A stretch of 64,000 nucleotides of DNA from Chiloscyllium plagiosum (GCF_004010195.1 NC_057734.1:41007904-41071903); one strand, 5' to 3'. Shown: positions 1 to 12,650, numbered from the stretch's first letter. Program-made: numbers and translations. Notes: generated from the sequence alone by a model not told the origin.

Positions 1-400
1 TACAGCGCAGTACAGGCCCTTTGGCCCTCGATGTTGCGCCGATCCAAGCCCACCTAACCTATACTAACCAAGGTGAAAGTCACAGAATTGTGGTCACCAT
101 CACCAAAATGTTCACCCACTAACAAGCCCATCACTTGTCCCGGTTCGTTACCAAGTACCAAATCCAATGTGGCCTCCCCTCTGGTCGGGCAATCTACATA
201 CTGAGTTAGAAAAGCTTCCTGTACACACTGCACAAACACCGCCCCATCCAATCTACTTGATCTAAAGAGCTTCCAATCTATGTTTGGGAAGTTGAAATCA
301 CCCATGACTACTACCCTGTGGCTTCTGTACCTTTCCAAAATCTGTTTCCCAATCTGTTTCTCCACATCTCTGCTGCTATTGGGGGGCCTATAGTAAAAAG
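1..400 (-). mobile_element. CR1-type LINE fragment (APE endonuclease part joined to a CR1-like 3' tail)
   Basis: ORF 54..443 contains YYRPP, VVMGDFNFPNIDW, PTRGEATLDLVL and DHNSV APE motifs; 1-65 resembles the CR1/HE1 tail. Confidence 0.8.
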
Positions 401-1394
401 TAGTGAGGTGGTATTGCAGCTGCCTGTTCACTAGTCTAGTCATTAGTAAAGCTAGAGTAGAATGTGGTCAATAATGTCAAAAATTACTTAAACTTGTAAT
501 TTTTAAACTGCAAAAAGATACATCATAGGGCGACAGGCAAAACAGTAAGAATGAGACTTGAAAGTACACGAATTACAGGAAAAGTGTAGAATCTCAATTT
601 TATAATTTTTTAGGAGTCACCATTTTCAATTGTGATTTCCAGCAGATATTGCAGCGACCAGCTCAATCATATCACATGACAACTAAAAATAGTATGAAAG
701 ATATCCACAATTCCCACTGGTCTTCCAGTGTCACTGAAACTGTGAAGGTAAATGAAATCCTTAAGCTCCCTGACAAACCTACGTTACAATGTCAATTTAA
801 AAGCTCCTTTTCTAGTACGGCAATAGACTAATTCTAACCAAAAGTATTCCAAGCACTTTGAAGTAAAAACACATCTTTTGTTTTTAGGGATTTAGTACTC
901 CTTATTGACCTTGAACGTGACAGTCACAGATTACAAAAATATGTCAAACTTAAAATAGCTCAAATTTAGTTTAAACCAGTATCCTTCTAATTCCACTTCG
1001 GAACTAGAGGTCGCTATCACCTGACAATAAAAACATTTGTTTTGCATCACTATTCAAACACCTCATGAATTACATTGGAATGCAATAATCTTTAGGTAGG
1101 TGTTGAAGTACTTTACAAAAAAAATTATTTCATTTACTCAAATGTAGATGCCTATATGGCATCAGCAACACATCGGTGGTTGACAATTTATGAAACCATT
1201 GGCCTTCAGCTTCCTCAGTCCCCAACGTCTTATCTTCACCATGGACATCCAGTAAGGATGCCTTCAGCTCTTTCCCATACATCCACAATTCTGTATGCAA
1301 TCTGGATGATCCACCCTAATGCCTAATACATACACACTTCTCTAAAGTGGTGCTGAGTGAAATATGAACCAAATTAATTAGTGCTTCCACTCAC

Positions 1395-1528
1395 CTCCGA
1401 AGTAAATTGGTTCAACTTTCATCCACATGGATTTGGGTAAAGCCATCAGGGCACCCTTCTCTCTACGCATCAACTGCATGGTTATTGTATCCTCCACACT
1501 GTACTGATGCGTCTCCATGGCAACAACA
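1395..1528 (-). CDS. RNF10: RNF10 coding exon 6 (gene continues beyond window start)
   Basis: (S)[44 protein letters not shown] matches RNF10; ttttag acceptor, GTGAGT donor; phase consistent. Confidence 0.93.
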
Positions 1529-3391
1529 CTAAAACAAAGCAAAGCTTTAATTAAATTCGCATTACTCATGAAGAGCTCCAATCTTTAATCATGTCTACAT
1601 TGATGTGAAAGTGAAGGACCTAAACAGAGAACTTATCGTAATACCAAATAAAACTTCTTTAAAGTGAGCGGCAGAAGACAGGCTCACATTCCAATATTTT
1701 AGCATTATAACTTTTCAATGCCTGGCATCTGCATGGTTGACTGGGCCGATTGACACCCGAGTGCTGTCTTAATCAACGGGTAATACACAGCAACGAAAGG
1801 ACAAAGGGTCTACAAGTTAATTGACAGACTTGCCCTCAACAAAAAAATACTGAAGCGGTAAAAATGCTCAAGAAAAGTTTTATTTTAGAATAGACCAGCA
1901 ACTCTTAATAAGCAGGATGAACCTATTGCCAGAAAACATCAATGTTTTGATGAAGCTCGGAAAGAAGCGTTAAAAGATAAAACAAACAATTTGCAAATTA
2001 ATAGTATGGTTTAAGAGCATCAGACGGCACTCAAAATCTTCCAAGTACAAACATTACACAAATATTTCAATCTCACCATTTGAGGGACATCTATACATCC
2101 TGCCAAGTCAACGACAGCAACAAGCAAAGAAAAACAATATTTCAAGCAGACTTTCAAACAATTTTTGAATTGTACAGATGGAAGACTTGTCCTCCATTTG
2201 CACAAAGTGTAACACAACATGGGGATGCAAAGCTGCCAAGATAAATAAAATCATTCAATTCAATTACAAAAATATAGATTAGCTAATCTGAATACAGTCT
2301 TCCATCTCAGACAGAAAAAACTCACCAAGGCACAAAAAAGCAAAAGTATATTCCTGATGAATTAGTACACCTTATAAAACTGTATTGAAACAGTGTCTGT
2401 CAATTTCACAGTAGAATCTCAAATTTTATGACTATCTTCAAATAGATAATTTATCTTTTAAATCTGGTTATTCTATTGTATTGTCTAGTTCTCGATTTAA
2501 GAAAGACCGTGATAAAATATTAACAAATATGATAACTTTAAAATAGCGTACTTGGAAGATGCATAGAAGCAATCTCATGATTGAAAGATTACAATCCAAT
2601 TGCATGACCCTGACACTAAACAGTTCATAGCTTAGGAAAAATGCTTACTAACAGGATAATTCATCAGCTCAGTATTTTTATTCTTAATAATGAGATAAAC
2701 CAATGATCATGACCAATTACACGCAATCTCTTCTGCATAACTTGTTTCATGCACGATCACCATTTGACTTCTCGTCCACCTCTCTCCCTCAAAATTAATT
2801 TCCAGATAGAAGCCCTCTTCCATCAAAATATTTAATCTAAGATTATAATGATTTTTGACCTTGTTGTGTGAAGTCATCGCATGTCCAAGTAAGTTTTAAC
2901 AATATGTTGAGTGCTAAGCTACCAAGCCCAGCAGAATTCAAAGAAAATTGTACATTTACCTTCCATGCAATAATTTTAGTTAAGAATAAACTAAATCTTT
3001 GAACAATTCAGTGGTTCCAGACTACTTACCAGCTTTGCATGTTACTCCAGCCTGCACTCCAAGCAACCCTTAACTCCACCTACCCAGCTTGACCCAAATT
3101 GCCTGCTGTGCCAACTGCCTGACCAAAGATCTGGAAATATCCAAAATCCAGAACCACTTTCGTAGACAGTGCAGGATTTGAGATACTATATCCAAATGTT
3201 CAGCTATTAATTAGACCAGCCACACAGACTTATTACTATGTGAATATTGCATTAAAAGTATGTGTATCCAATTCTTACAACAAATATTACTTTGCCAAAT
3301 TCATACCATTTCACTTGGCATGTTTTCCCAATGAAAGACTATGTTGCCAAATAGAAGTAACTAGTTTCTTGAAAGCAGCTCGCATTCTCAC

Positions 3392-3576
3392 CTTTTGAGG
3401 TCTTTTTTATGTACAGCCTCATAACAGATAGGGCATTTACCCCATGTTTTCTCACTTAAGGAGAGATAGTGAAGAATACAAGCCCAACAGTAGATGTGTC
3501 CACAGCGTGTTATCTTTGCAGCAGAGGGAGGATACAAACAGATTGGACACGAAGGAACTTCATGACTACAGATGCG
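3392..3576 (-). CDS. RNF10: RNF10 coding exon 5, C3HC4 RING finger
   Basis: [61 protein letters not shown]; ctag acceptor, GTGAGA donor. Confidence 0.96.
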
Positions 3577-4827
3577 CTAGAAAGTAAAGACACACTTTAG
3601 CAAGCTGTAGTCACTATATAATTAACACAGAACAGGTGGAGATTGACAATACAGAAGCAATACGTGATGGCAGAAGTACTTCAAAGTAGTCAATTTCTCA
3701 TTCTCCATATACACTGCATTACGCCTTCTACTCCTTTACTCTCATGTACTAATTTACTTCATTATTGAAAGTAGCCAAACCATTTGCCTCAATCACTTCC
3801 TGTGGTAGCAAGTTCCACATTCTCATTACCAAATGAAAAAGTTTCACTTCCCTTTCTAATTTATTAAACAGTTTATATTTAAGACCATTAGCTTGCAAAC
3901 AGAAACACCCAATTAGAATTTTAAAAACCGCCAGTTAAAACTCAGTCTGTTTCATTAAAAGGCATCTAGATCAGCATATGGACAGGAAGGATTTAGAGGG
4001 ATTGGGCTAACAAATGGGACTAGATTAATTTAGGATATCTGGTCAGCATGGACAAGTTGGACTGAAGGGCTGTTTCCGTGCTATACATCAGACTAATTAC
4101 GTTAAAAGTTCCAACCTGGTGAATCTTTCTTAACATTGAATCTGGCATTATGCGCAACACCAAAATCTGAGCAGATTCCTAAAGTGCTTTAATATAATTT
4201 GACTAATTTGAATTCATAGAAATAATTTTAGGTAGGCCACCATTTTTAATTGTTTGCTACCTCGAACTGCTTGCTCACCTTCATCCCTAGAATCTCCAAC
4301 CATTTACTCTATTCAGTTTATTTTTTTTTTTAAGATGTCAGTGGTGTTGTTACTTTTCCTACCGCACGACTGTTCGATTGCAGCTCTGCATATTAGTTTC
4401 TAGACCAGGACATCTCCCTACTGACCGCAATGGGAGGAATCAACCAACTAGATAAGCTTAAATGTGGTCTTCAATGAAATTCAATTAGTTCTCAAAACAT
4501 TTCATTTAAATTGCTAGATGCCTGGGTGATAAGAAAGAAACTGAGATGCAGATATTTCTAAATCCAGAAAGTGTTAGCTCCACAGGCAACTATGATCTGA
4601 ATTCTTTGTCTCAGAGTTCTTTGCAGACAAATTTCTCAGTTTTGGACAATAATGCATTTACAAAAATGAAGAACTTATTAAAAGGCTCTTAACTAGTTTT
4701 AAAGGGTTTTTCAGCAAAATTTACTTTTTGATGTCCATGACACAGTGTTGCTTTCTACTCTCCAAATCATTAATGTTGCTAGCGAAACCGAAAAATCTCT
4801 CACCATCTATTAAATACCAATACTCAC

Positions 4828-4918
4828 CACCTGCTGCACAAAGTCCCATTTCACCAATATATCTGGGTCAGCAAAGTGAACACTGTAATCCTGATCTTCA
4901 GAGACCACAAACTGACAG
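4828..4918 (-). CDS. RNF10: RNF10 coding exon 4
   Basis: (N)[30 protein letters not shown]; AG/GTGAGT boundaries; 91 nt keeps the frame. Confidence 0.95.
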
Positions 4919-4965
4919 CTTGAAGAGAAAATGGAAAATTAATCATTCAAAACCAATAGCTTAAA

Positions 4966-5150
4966 TTAGACCAAAAACAAACTGCTAGAGAAACTCACCA
5001 GGTCTCGCAGCATCTGTGGACAGAAAGAGTTAACGTTGAGTCGAGTGCGTCCTTTGCTTTCTCTCCACAGATGTTGCCAGAACTGTTGAGTTGCTCCAGC
5101 AATTGATTTTTGTTTCAGATTTTCAGCATTTGTAATTTGTTTTATTTTAG
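4966..5150. mobile_element. Degenerate PLE-related fold-back mini-element
   Basis: Imperfect inverted arms (gagaaactcaccagg..gcagcatctgtgga / tccacagatgttgccag..gagttgctccagc), similar to 16829-17006. Confidence 0.55.
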
Positions 5151-5838
5151 CTGAAATCAGACTTTGCAAACAGTCATTTAGCAGAAGATGCTACTAATAT
5201 TCCTTTGTTCCTCATCTCATTTAAAGACCAAGAAAAGCTGTGTCCAAAACTTTGGCTACACACAGTAATGTCATCGTTTTGAGAAGCTGACAGTGAAATG
5301 AAGTTTTACAACAGTTAACTACAGAAAGCAACAGTCTGACTCTCGAGAACAAATTTCATATTATTTTTCCCTGATCAGCAGTCACTTGACAATTTCAAAC
5401 TGTACCCAGTGGAACTCCAGAACAAACTATATTTAGGAAATTTGATCTTCATCCTCCCCCTTCTCTCACCTCATTGCAGTAGGCGTTAAACACTTTTCTG
5501 ATCAACAGTACTCAACAGCACTTCCACTAAAGCAGCAGCTAAGTGGAACAATTAAATCATGCTGGCATTAAAGACCATTAGAGTCTGCTGAGTTTTACTA
5601 CAGGAATCTATCTAACTGAACATGTACTAGAATAATTCAGACATTTAAGCAGCAAAAAAAAAAAAGACATGTTTCAAACTCTTGGCCCTAGCATCAAAAT
5701 AGCAGTAAAATTTCCAAACTATCCTCAACTATCATGGTCAAAAAGTAGATAGTTTGCTGTGTGTAACTATGCTCCTCATCAACTAAGGTGAAGTAAACAT
5801 GTCTAGATCACTGGATTCATAGTGTTTGTTTTACTTAC

Positions 5839-6047
5839 TTGGCCTGCAAGAATTGCTCTTTGTTGAATGGCTTATGTTTAAGACCCCACTTGTTTCTCCT
5901 TCCCCAGCCTCCATGGCAATTACCATCATAATGCGAGCCTGACTGGCCACGAGGTTCAAATGTAAAGTTTAACAAATGGTTTAGGCTTATCTTCTTAGGA
6001 CCAGTAAACTGGGCAGGACTGAACTCTGCCCTCCTCACCTCTGCTAC
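5839..6047 (-). CDS. RNF10: RNF10 coding exon 3
   Basis: [35 protein letters not shown]...[11 protein letters not shown]; tacag acceptor, GTAAGT donor. Confidence 0.95.
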
Positions 6048-6299
6048 CTGTAGGAAGAAGAAAGTTTATTTTGCATAGCAGTTCAACTTACAGTAACATG
6101 TCCAATTATGCTTGAGCAAACCTCTGGTTAGAAAACAGCTGGAGCACTTTAAGATACCACATCTTAAAAGATTTATTAGCCTTGCAGAAAATGCAGCATT
6201 GATTTCCCAAAATAATATCTAGAATCTAATGGTTAAACTAAGGATGACAAAATTCTGCTTTGGTTGTGTCAGTATCACAGACTAAAATCTGTGTCCATC

Positions 6300-6582
6300 A
6301 ATACTTATGTTTGTGGTTAATACTATGATAACAGCCAGATGATCAGGGTTTTTTCTGTCATTGACCAGAGGAGGGATTGACCAGGACATTAGGGATAAGT
6401 TAATGGCACTTTCAAAATAGTGCCCAAAGTGAGAAAGTAGACAAGACCTGGATTCATCTGAAAAAATGCCACCTCTGAAATGCAGTGAATCTTAGCTATT
6501 ACCTAAATTCAGGAGTAGAATTTGAACTTAGTTTTGTGATTCAGAAGTGGGAGTGCTGCCAACTGAGCCATAGCTGACACCA
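6300..6582 (-). mobile_element. Degenerate tRNA-derived SINE, probably DeuSINE/SacSINE1-like
   Basis: Minus head GGTGTCAGCTATGGCTCAGTTGGCAGCACTC, followed by GAGGTGGCATTTTTTCAGATG, GGCACTATTTTGAA and TGTCCTGGTCAAT segments resembling the Deu domain as I recall it. Confidence 0.5.
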
Positions 6583-6906
6583 ACTAGGACTGTCGTACTG
6601 CCTTGAATTTAGAAGGCTGAAGGGGTGCTTTGATGATTTCAAGATTTATTGAAAACAGGGTTGACAGAAACCATTTCCACTAGCTGGGGAATCTAGGACT
6701 AGGTCGCAGTCTAAAAGTGATCCCAGACCTTTCAACTCACCAGCTAAATTCAATTTATATAATTAAGACCTCATCCACACCCTGTACAGACCAGCTTTGG
6801 CAACATAAAACAAAGCTAATAACGTTTCTTCAAATGGCCCTTTCAATGAAAGAAATGCATTGTAACATGCAGCTACTAATGACATCATAAAAACGCCCAA
6901 TCTCAC

Positions 6907-7097
6907 CTCTTCCCGTCTACCACCATTACTAGAAGTGCTAAAGGATTTGTTGCTGCCACGTGCAGGCGGTCTCTTGTCAAAAGCTTTGCTTTTCTGTGGA
7001 TTGGTGCGGCGGGTCTGGTTAGATACATTTTCGTTTTTAGGAAAAGCCGGGTCTCGTTTCCTGTTGTAGCATCTTGATCCAGTTCCACCTTTACCAT
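6907..7097 (-). CDS. RNF10: RNF10 coding exon 2
   Basis: (D)[30 protein letters not shown]...SNGGRREE; tgcag acceptor, GTGAGA donor. Confidence 0.93.
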
Positions 7098-7702
7098 CTG
7101 CAGAAATATTTAAAAGTGACAAAACAGGTCATGAATCAATTGTTCATCTGAACTCATTGATTTGTTTAGAAAAGGCATGTCAATTGGAGAGTTATGATAA
7201 AGGACAAAATGCTGAAGAAACTCAGCACATTGGAGTTGGAACTTTAGCTTGGTTTCTCTTTCCACTGATACTGCCAATGAGTTTCTCTAGCATTTTGTCT
7301 TTTTATTTCAGATCACCAGCTTCCACAACACTGCTTTTATTGGAACACTACAGAGTCAGGTTGTAGATCAGCCACCTTCTCCTACCCTTCTATGAACAGA
7401 TGAACTGCATTTGATATGTTTAGATTCTAAAGGAATTAATGCATGTTAAGATGTAAAAGAACAATTTATCTAAACATAAAATTTTGACCAGTAACTTGAA
7501 GGTTCATGTTTAAGAGCCAGAATTTAAGAACCCCAGTAGAAATAGGTGTCTCAAACTCCACCTGTCATCTACATGTGGTCCAACATTAACATCAACATAG
7601 CATGCACTGTAACAGTTTTACAGACACATGCAGTATACTTGGACAGAGTACTGAATACAGGAGCAACAGGAGGTAGAAATCACAGATTCGATATTGAAGA
7701 CT

Positions 7703-8629
7703 CTGCAAGGTTTGTAGCTCAGGTTGAGGTTTAGGGTGTAGATTTGCTCGCTGAGCTGTAGGTTTGATATCCGGATGTTTCATTACCTGGCTAGGTAACA
7801 TCATTAGTGGCGACCTCCAAGTGAAGCGAAGCTGTTGTCTCCTGCTTTCGATTTATAGGTTTGTCCTGGATGGAGTTCCTTGGGTTTGTGGTAATGTCAT
7901 TTCCTGTTCGTTTTCTGAGGGGTTGATAGATGGTATCTAGATCTATGTGTTTGTTTATGGCGTTGTGGTTGGAATGCCAGGCCTCTAGGAATTCTCTGGC
8001 ATGTCTTTGCTTAGCCTGTCCCAGGATAGGTGTGTTGTCCCAATCGAAATAGTGGTTTTTTTCATCCATGTGTAGGGCTACGAGGGAGAGAGGGTCCTGT
8101 CTTTTTGTGGCTAGCTGGTGTTCGTGTATCCTGGTGGCTAACTTTCTTCCCGGTTGTCCTATGTAGTGTTTGTGGCAGTCCTTGCATGGAATTTTGTAGA
8201 TGACGTTGGTACAAACACTACATAGGACAAACAGGAAGAAAGTTAGCCACCAGGATACATGAACACCAGCTAGCCACAAAAAGACACGACCCTCTCTCCC
8301 TCGTAGCCCTACACACGGATGAGAAAAACCACTATTTCGACTGGGACAACACATCTATCCTGGGACAGACTAAGCAAAGACATGCCAGAGAATTCTTAGA
8401 GGCCTGGCACTCCAACTACAACGCCATAAACAAACACACAGATCTGGATGCAATCTATCAACCCCTCAAAAAACGAACAGGAAATGACATCACCACAATC
8501 CCCGGAACCCCATGCAGGAGAAAGATGTAAATAGAAAGCAGGAGACAACAGCTTCGCTTCACTTGGAGGTCACCACTGATGATGTTACCTAGCCTGGTAA
8601 TGAAACGTCTGGATATCAAACCTACACCC
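7703..8629 (-). mobile_element. Penelope-like element, 5'-truncated with an inverted copy; GIY-YIG endonuclease C-terminus
   Basis: NVIYKIPCKDCHKHYIGQ..RIHEH..REFLEAW; ~7755-8175 is inverted at ~8208-8625; TSD tattgaagact at 7692-7702 and 8630-8640. Confidence 0.9.
8573..8612 (+). ncRNA. Minimal hammerhead ribozyme (PLE type), intact core
   Basis: CCA-CUGAUGA-U-GUUACC-uagccu-GGUAAU-GAAA-CGUC-UGG; predicted cut after 8609. Confidence 0.7.
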
Positions 8630-8692
8630 TATTGAAGACTATTGATTAGAGTTTTCAATATTGAGAGTGTACAGCTTAAAAATTAAAACATT

Positions 8693-9292
8693 GTGATCTA
8701 ACCAACACAAAAAAGTTACAGGACAACAGAGCTCACCAACAATTTTCCAGTGTCACTGGAAAGCACGAAGCAGAACATTAGCCTTCTGCCTATATCTCCA
8801 AGTATCAGGTCAACTGCATTTATTGATAGCGAAATGAATCACCAGTCTGAACCCAGCCCAGGAATATCTGCCAAAGTGTAAATGAGTGGGGAGAAATACT
8901 GACTGAGAAAACACACATGCATAATTTTGTTCAAGCTTATTTAAAAATTGCAAAGTTGAAACAAACAGAACAGCATTGGATTTTCAGAGCTGGGTAGTGA
9001 AAGATAAAAACATCTGAAGTGATCTAACCAACACTCAAAATAAGTTATAGCACAGAGCTCACCAACAATTTTCCAGCGTCACTGGAAAGACGAAGCTGAA
9101 CATTAGCCTTTTGCCTGTATACCAACCATCAGGTCAACTGCATTTATTAATAATGAAGTGAATCACAAGTGGGTGGGGAGAAACACTGACCAAGAAAATA
9201 CATATGCATAATTTTGTTCACGCTTACTTAGAAATTGCAAAGTTTGTAGCAAACAGAACTGAGCATTGGATTTTCAGGGCTGGGTAGTGAAA
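8693..9292. repeat. Local tandem duplication (~8693-9002 and ~9019-9292)
   Basis: Both units run from gtgatctaaccaacac to gctgggtagtgaa with substitutions and indels. Confidence 0.85.
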
Positions 9293-10373
9293 ATTCAAGG
9301 TTACCTGCTTTCTCCATTCCCCTTAACAGTACTGCTCTTTAACAAAACTGCCTCAAGTTGACAAAGTCTAATAGGGATAAAGAAATTCAATCTTCACCAG
9401 CTAAGCAGAATATTCAAGGAGAACTTAGAAACATATTTAACTACTTCATGAATTATTGACACTTCAATGCCTTTATCAATCCATGAAAAACTCAACCAAT
9501 TCTTATCTTCATTCCAACATGTCTCAAAGCATTTCCATGCGTTTGAACACTGCATAAAGTGCATTTATATGGATTAAATAGACTGCGCAGCTCAGAACCA
9601 GGTTGAAACAATTTTAGTTATATAGCAACTTTAACATTTCAAGATGTTTCACAGGGACATAAAGCAAAATATGACATTACATGGTACAGAGATATTAATT
9701 CAGATGCTCAAAAGCTTAGTTAAAGAGTTGGGTTTTAAGGACTGCCTTAGAAGAGGAAAGCAAAATCAAAAGGCAGAGATGTACGCAGGTAATTCTAGAA
9801 CTTAAGACCTACACAAGTGAAGACGTGGTTACCAATGCTGGGATTAAAATTGGTGATGCACAACAGGCCAGAATTGGGGAAGTGCAGATCTCAGTTGTCA
9901 GACTGGAGTGAATTACACAAATAGGGTGGGGCACAACCAGGAAGGATGCAAAAATGGGAACTTAAAATACATTGCTGCACCCTGAATCTTTACTGTCCAG
10001 CAAGCACTTGGGGTGATAGAGGAATGGGATTTAAGAGTTAACCAAAGAACAAAGTTTTGGATGAACTCAGATTCATCCAAAGATGTTGGAGGGAATCCTG
10101 AGGGACAGGATGTACATGTATTAGGAAAGGCAAGGACTGATTAGGGATACTCAACATGGCTTTGTGTGGGGGAAATAATGTCTCACAAACTTGATTGAGT
10201 TTTTTTGAAGTAGTAACAAAGAGGATTGATGAGGACAGAGCAGTAGACATGATCTGTATGGACTTCAGTAAGGCATTTGACAAGATTTCCCATGGGAGAC
10301 AGGTTAGCAAGGTCTCATGGACTACAGGGAGAACTAGCCATTTGGATACAGAACTGGCTCAAAGACAGAGTGG

Positions 10374-10555
10374 ATCAGTGGTGCTGGAAGAGCACAGCAA
10401 TTCAGGGAGCATCCGACGAGCAGCAAAATTCCTGATGAAGGGCTTTTGCCCGAAACGTCGATTTTGCTGCTCGTCGGATGCTGCCTGAATTGCTGTGCTC
10501 TTCCAGTTTGCTGATCCAGAATCTGGTTTCCAGCATCTGCAGTCATTGTTTTTAC
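10374..10555 (+). mobile_element. Non-autonomous PLE-derived fold-back mini-element with hammerhead
   Basis: 16-bp TSD ctcaaagacagagtgg (10358-10373, 10556-10571); inverted arms flank the hammerhead core. Confidence 0.85.
10420..10470 (+). ncRNA. Hammerhead ribozyme, intact core
   Basis: CUGAUGA (10432-10438)-A-GGGC-UUUU-GCCC-GAAA-CGUC; stem I GCAGCAAAAU/AUUUUGCUGC; predicted cut after 10459. Confidence 0.75.
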
Positions 10556-11989
10556 CTCAAAGACAGAGTGGTGGAGGGTGGTTTTCAGACTGGAGGCCTG
10601 TGACCAGTGGAGTGCCACAAGGATCAACGCTGGGTTCACTACTTTTCATCATTTATATAACTGATTTGGATGAGAGCATAAGAGGTATAGTTAAGTTTGC
10701 AGATGAGAGCCAAGGTTACCCCACATTAAAACAGGATCTTGATCAGATGGACCAGTGAGCTGAGAAGTGGCAGATGGAGTTTAATTTAGATAAATGAGGT
10801 ACTGCATTTTGGGAAAGCAAATCTTAGCAGGACTTATACACTTAATGGTAAGATCCCAGGGAGTGTTGCTGAACAAAGAGACCTTGGAATGCAGGTTCAT
10901 AGCTCCTTGAAAGTAGAGTCACAAGTAGGTAGGATAGTGAAGGCAGTGTTTGGTATGCTTTCCTTGATTGGTCAGAGTATTGGGTACAGGAGTTGGAGGT
11001 CATTTTGCTATACAAGACATTGATTATGCCACTTTTGGAGTACTGCATATAATTCTGGTCTCCTTCCTATCGGGAGGATATTGTGAAACTTGAAAGGGTT
11101 CAGGAAAGATTTACAAGGATGTTGCCAGGGTTGGAGGATTTGAACTATAGGGAGGGGTTGAATAGGCTGGGGCTGTTTTCCCTGGAGCGTCAGAGGCTGA
11201 GGGGTGACCTTAAAGAGATTTATAAAATCATGAGGAGCATGGATAGGGTAAGTAGACAGGGTATTTTCCCCTGGGGTGGTTGGGTCCAGAACTAGAGGGC
11301 ATAGGTTTAGGGTGAGAGGGGAAGGATTACAAAAGAGACCTAAGGGGCAACTTTTTCCACACAGAGGGTGGTGTGTGTGGGTGGAATGAGCTGCCAGAGG
11401 AAGTCATGGAAGCGAGTACAACTGCAACATTTAAAAGGCATTTGGATGGGTATATGAATAGGAAGGGTTTGGAGGGATATGGACTGGGTGCTGGCAGGTG
11501 GGACTACATTGGGTTGGGATATCTGCTCAGCATGGACATGTTGGACTGAAGGGTCTGTTTCTGTGCTGTACATCTCTATGACTCTATGGCATGCAGGTCA
11601 ACACCGAAGGAGAGCGAGAACCAGCTATAGGAGTCAGAGTTATACTTATGGTTGCGGACTAAATATTGACCAGAGAATCGAGGAATTTTTACCCGTCCCC
11701 CACCACAGCCATCCAACAGGAACCTTTTACAGGTGTCGGGAGTGGGGGAGATAAATAGACTACTTTTACAGTGCAACATAGGATCAGGACGACAGCTACT
11801 CAGGTTAGTCATGCCCAAAGGGTGCGAGGTGCAGTCAAGGCTTATTGAAAGCTAAAACAATTGCGACATGTGTATATGAGATGGCGGTGAGGGGAAGAGA
11901 GACAGAGACGGAGGGAAGACATTGAGGGTACTTTTAAAGGCAATGTAAACACTGCAGGATTTGAATGGGGGCGGCACCACCGACTCTAC

Positions 11990-12065
11990 CTTGTTTACTT
12001 TTACTGTCCGAGGGTGGCACCTTGCTGGGTCCTGCCGAAGCGGAACGTGCAGACTTCTTTTCCAT
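11990..12065 (-). CDS. RNF10: RNF10 coding exon 1
   Basis: MEKKSARSASAGPSKVPPSDSKSKQ (cf. the RSASAGP motif of human RNF10); GTAGAG donor; phase matches exon 2. Confidence 0.85.
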
Positions 12066-12439
12066 GTCTGGATCTTCCAGCGTCAGCTTCCAGCAGCTCA
12101 ACGGGAACGACGTGGCTGGTTGTGCCAACCGTTTTTCCACAGGGCATCGCGTAACGGGGCCTAACTTTAATCTTCATCATGGCGACCTCTGCATTGTGAC
12201 CAAATCTAAAGATGGCGAAAGTAAAGACGAGCGGAGCGAGGATCAGGGAGAGAGAGTGGAGGGGGTGGGGGACGTAATCGGCTTGCAACAAGCCGCTGGA
12301 GAGGAGTGGAGAGGGCCCAGCGCGTTGACTTGACCCCCACCCCGCGCTCCTGAAGCGGTATGGGTTTGTAAAGGCCGAGCTTCAGCAGTCCAGCACCGCT
12401 CCCAGTCCGTGAAGCAATGGCGACGAGTCGCCAGGAAGG

Positions 12440-12650
12440 AACCGGAGCACCCGGATGCAGGTGCTTTTATAGACCCTGGAGCCGCCGCGCATGCGTCCTC
12501 TGCACGAGAGTACTGCCGGGAATTGTAGTCTTTGCTCCACGTTCCGCCAATCATGGTGAGCCTTCCTCAGCGCATCTGTTCCCGTTGGTCACGTGATTCT
12601 CAGTCACAGCAGTCTCCTGCTTCCGCCACATCACAACCACGTAAAGGGTC
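12440..12650 (-). promoter_or_regulatory. RNF10 CpG-rich promoter
   Basis: Minus TATAAAAG 12471-12464; NRF1-like GCGCATGCGT ~12487; ZNF143/THAP11-type ACTACAATTCCCGGCAG ~12513-12529; CCAAT ~12547; E-box TCACGTGA ~12590. Confidence 0.7.

Larger units (their letters stand above)
10080..11590 (+). mobile_element. CR1 LINE 3' portion (decayed RT plus 3' UTR)
   Basis: MDFSKAFDK, GVPQGSTLG, LERVQERFTRMLPGL; ends in ctctatgactctatg repeat; interrupted at 10374-10555. Confidence 0.9.

Noticed and set aside
12066-12140. N-terminal extension of RNF10 from an upstream GTG/CTG/ACG codon
   Set aside because: The frame is open upstream of ATG 12065, but nothing in this sequence alone supports non-AUG initiation.
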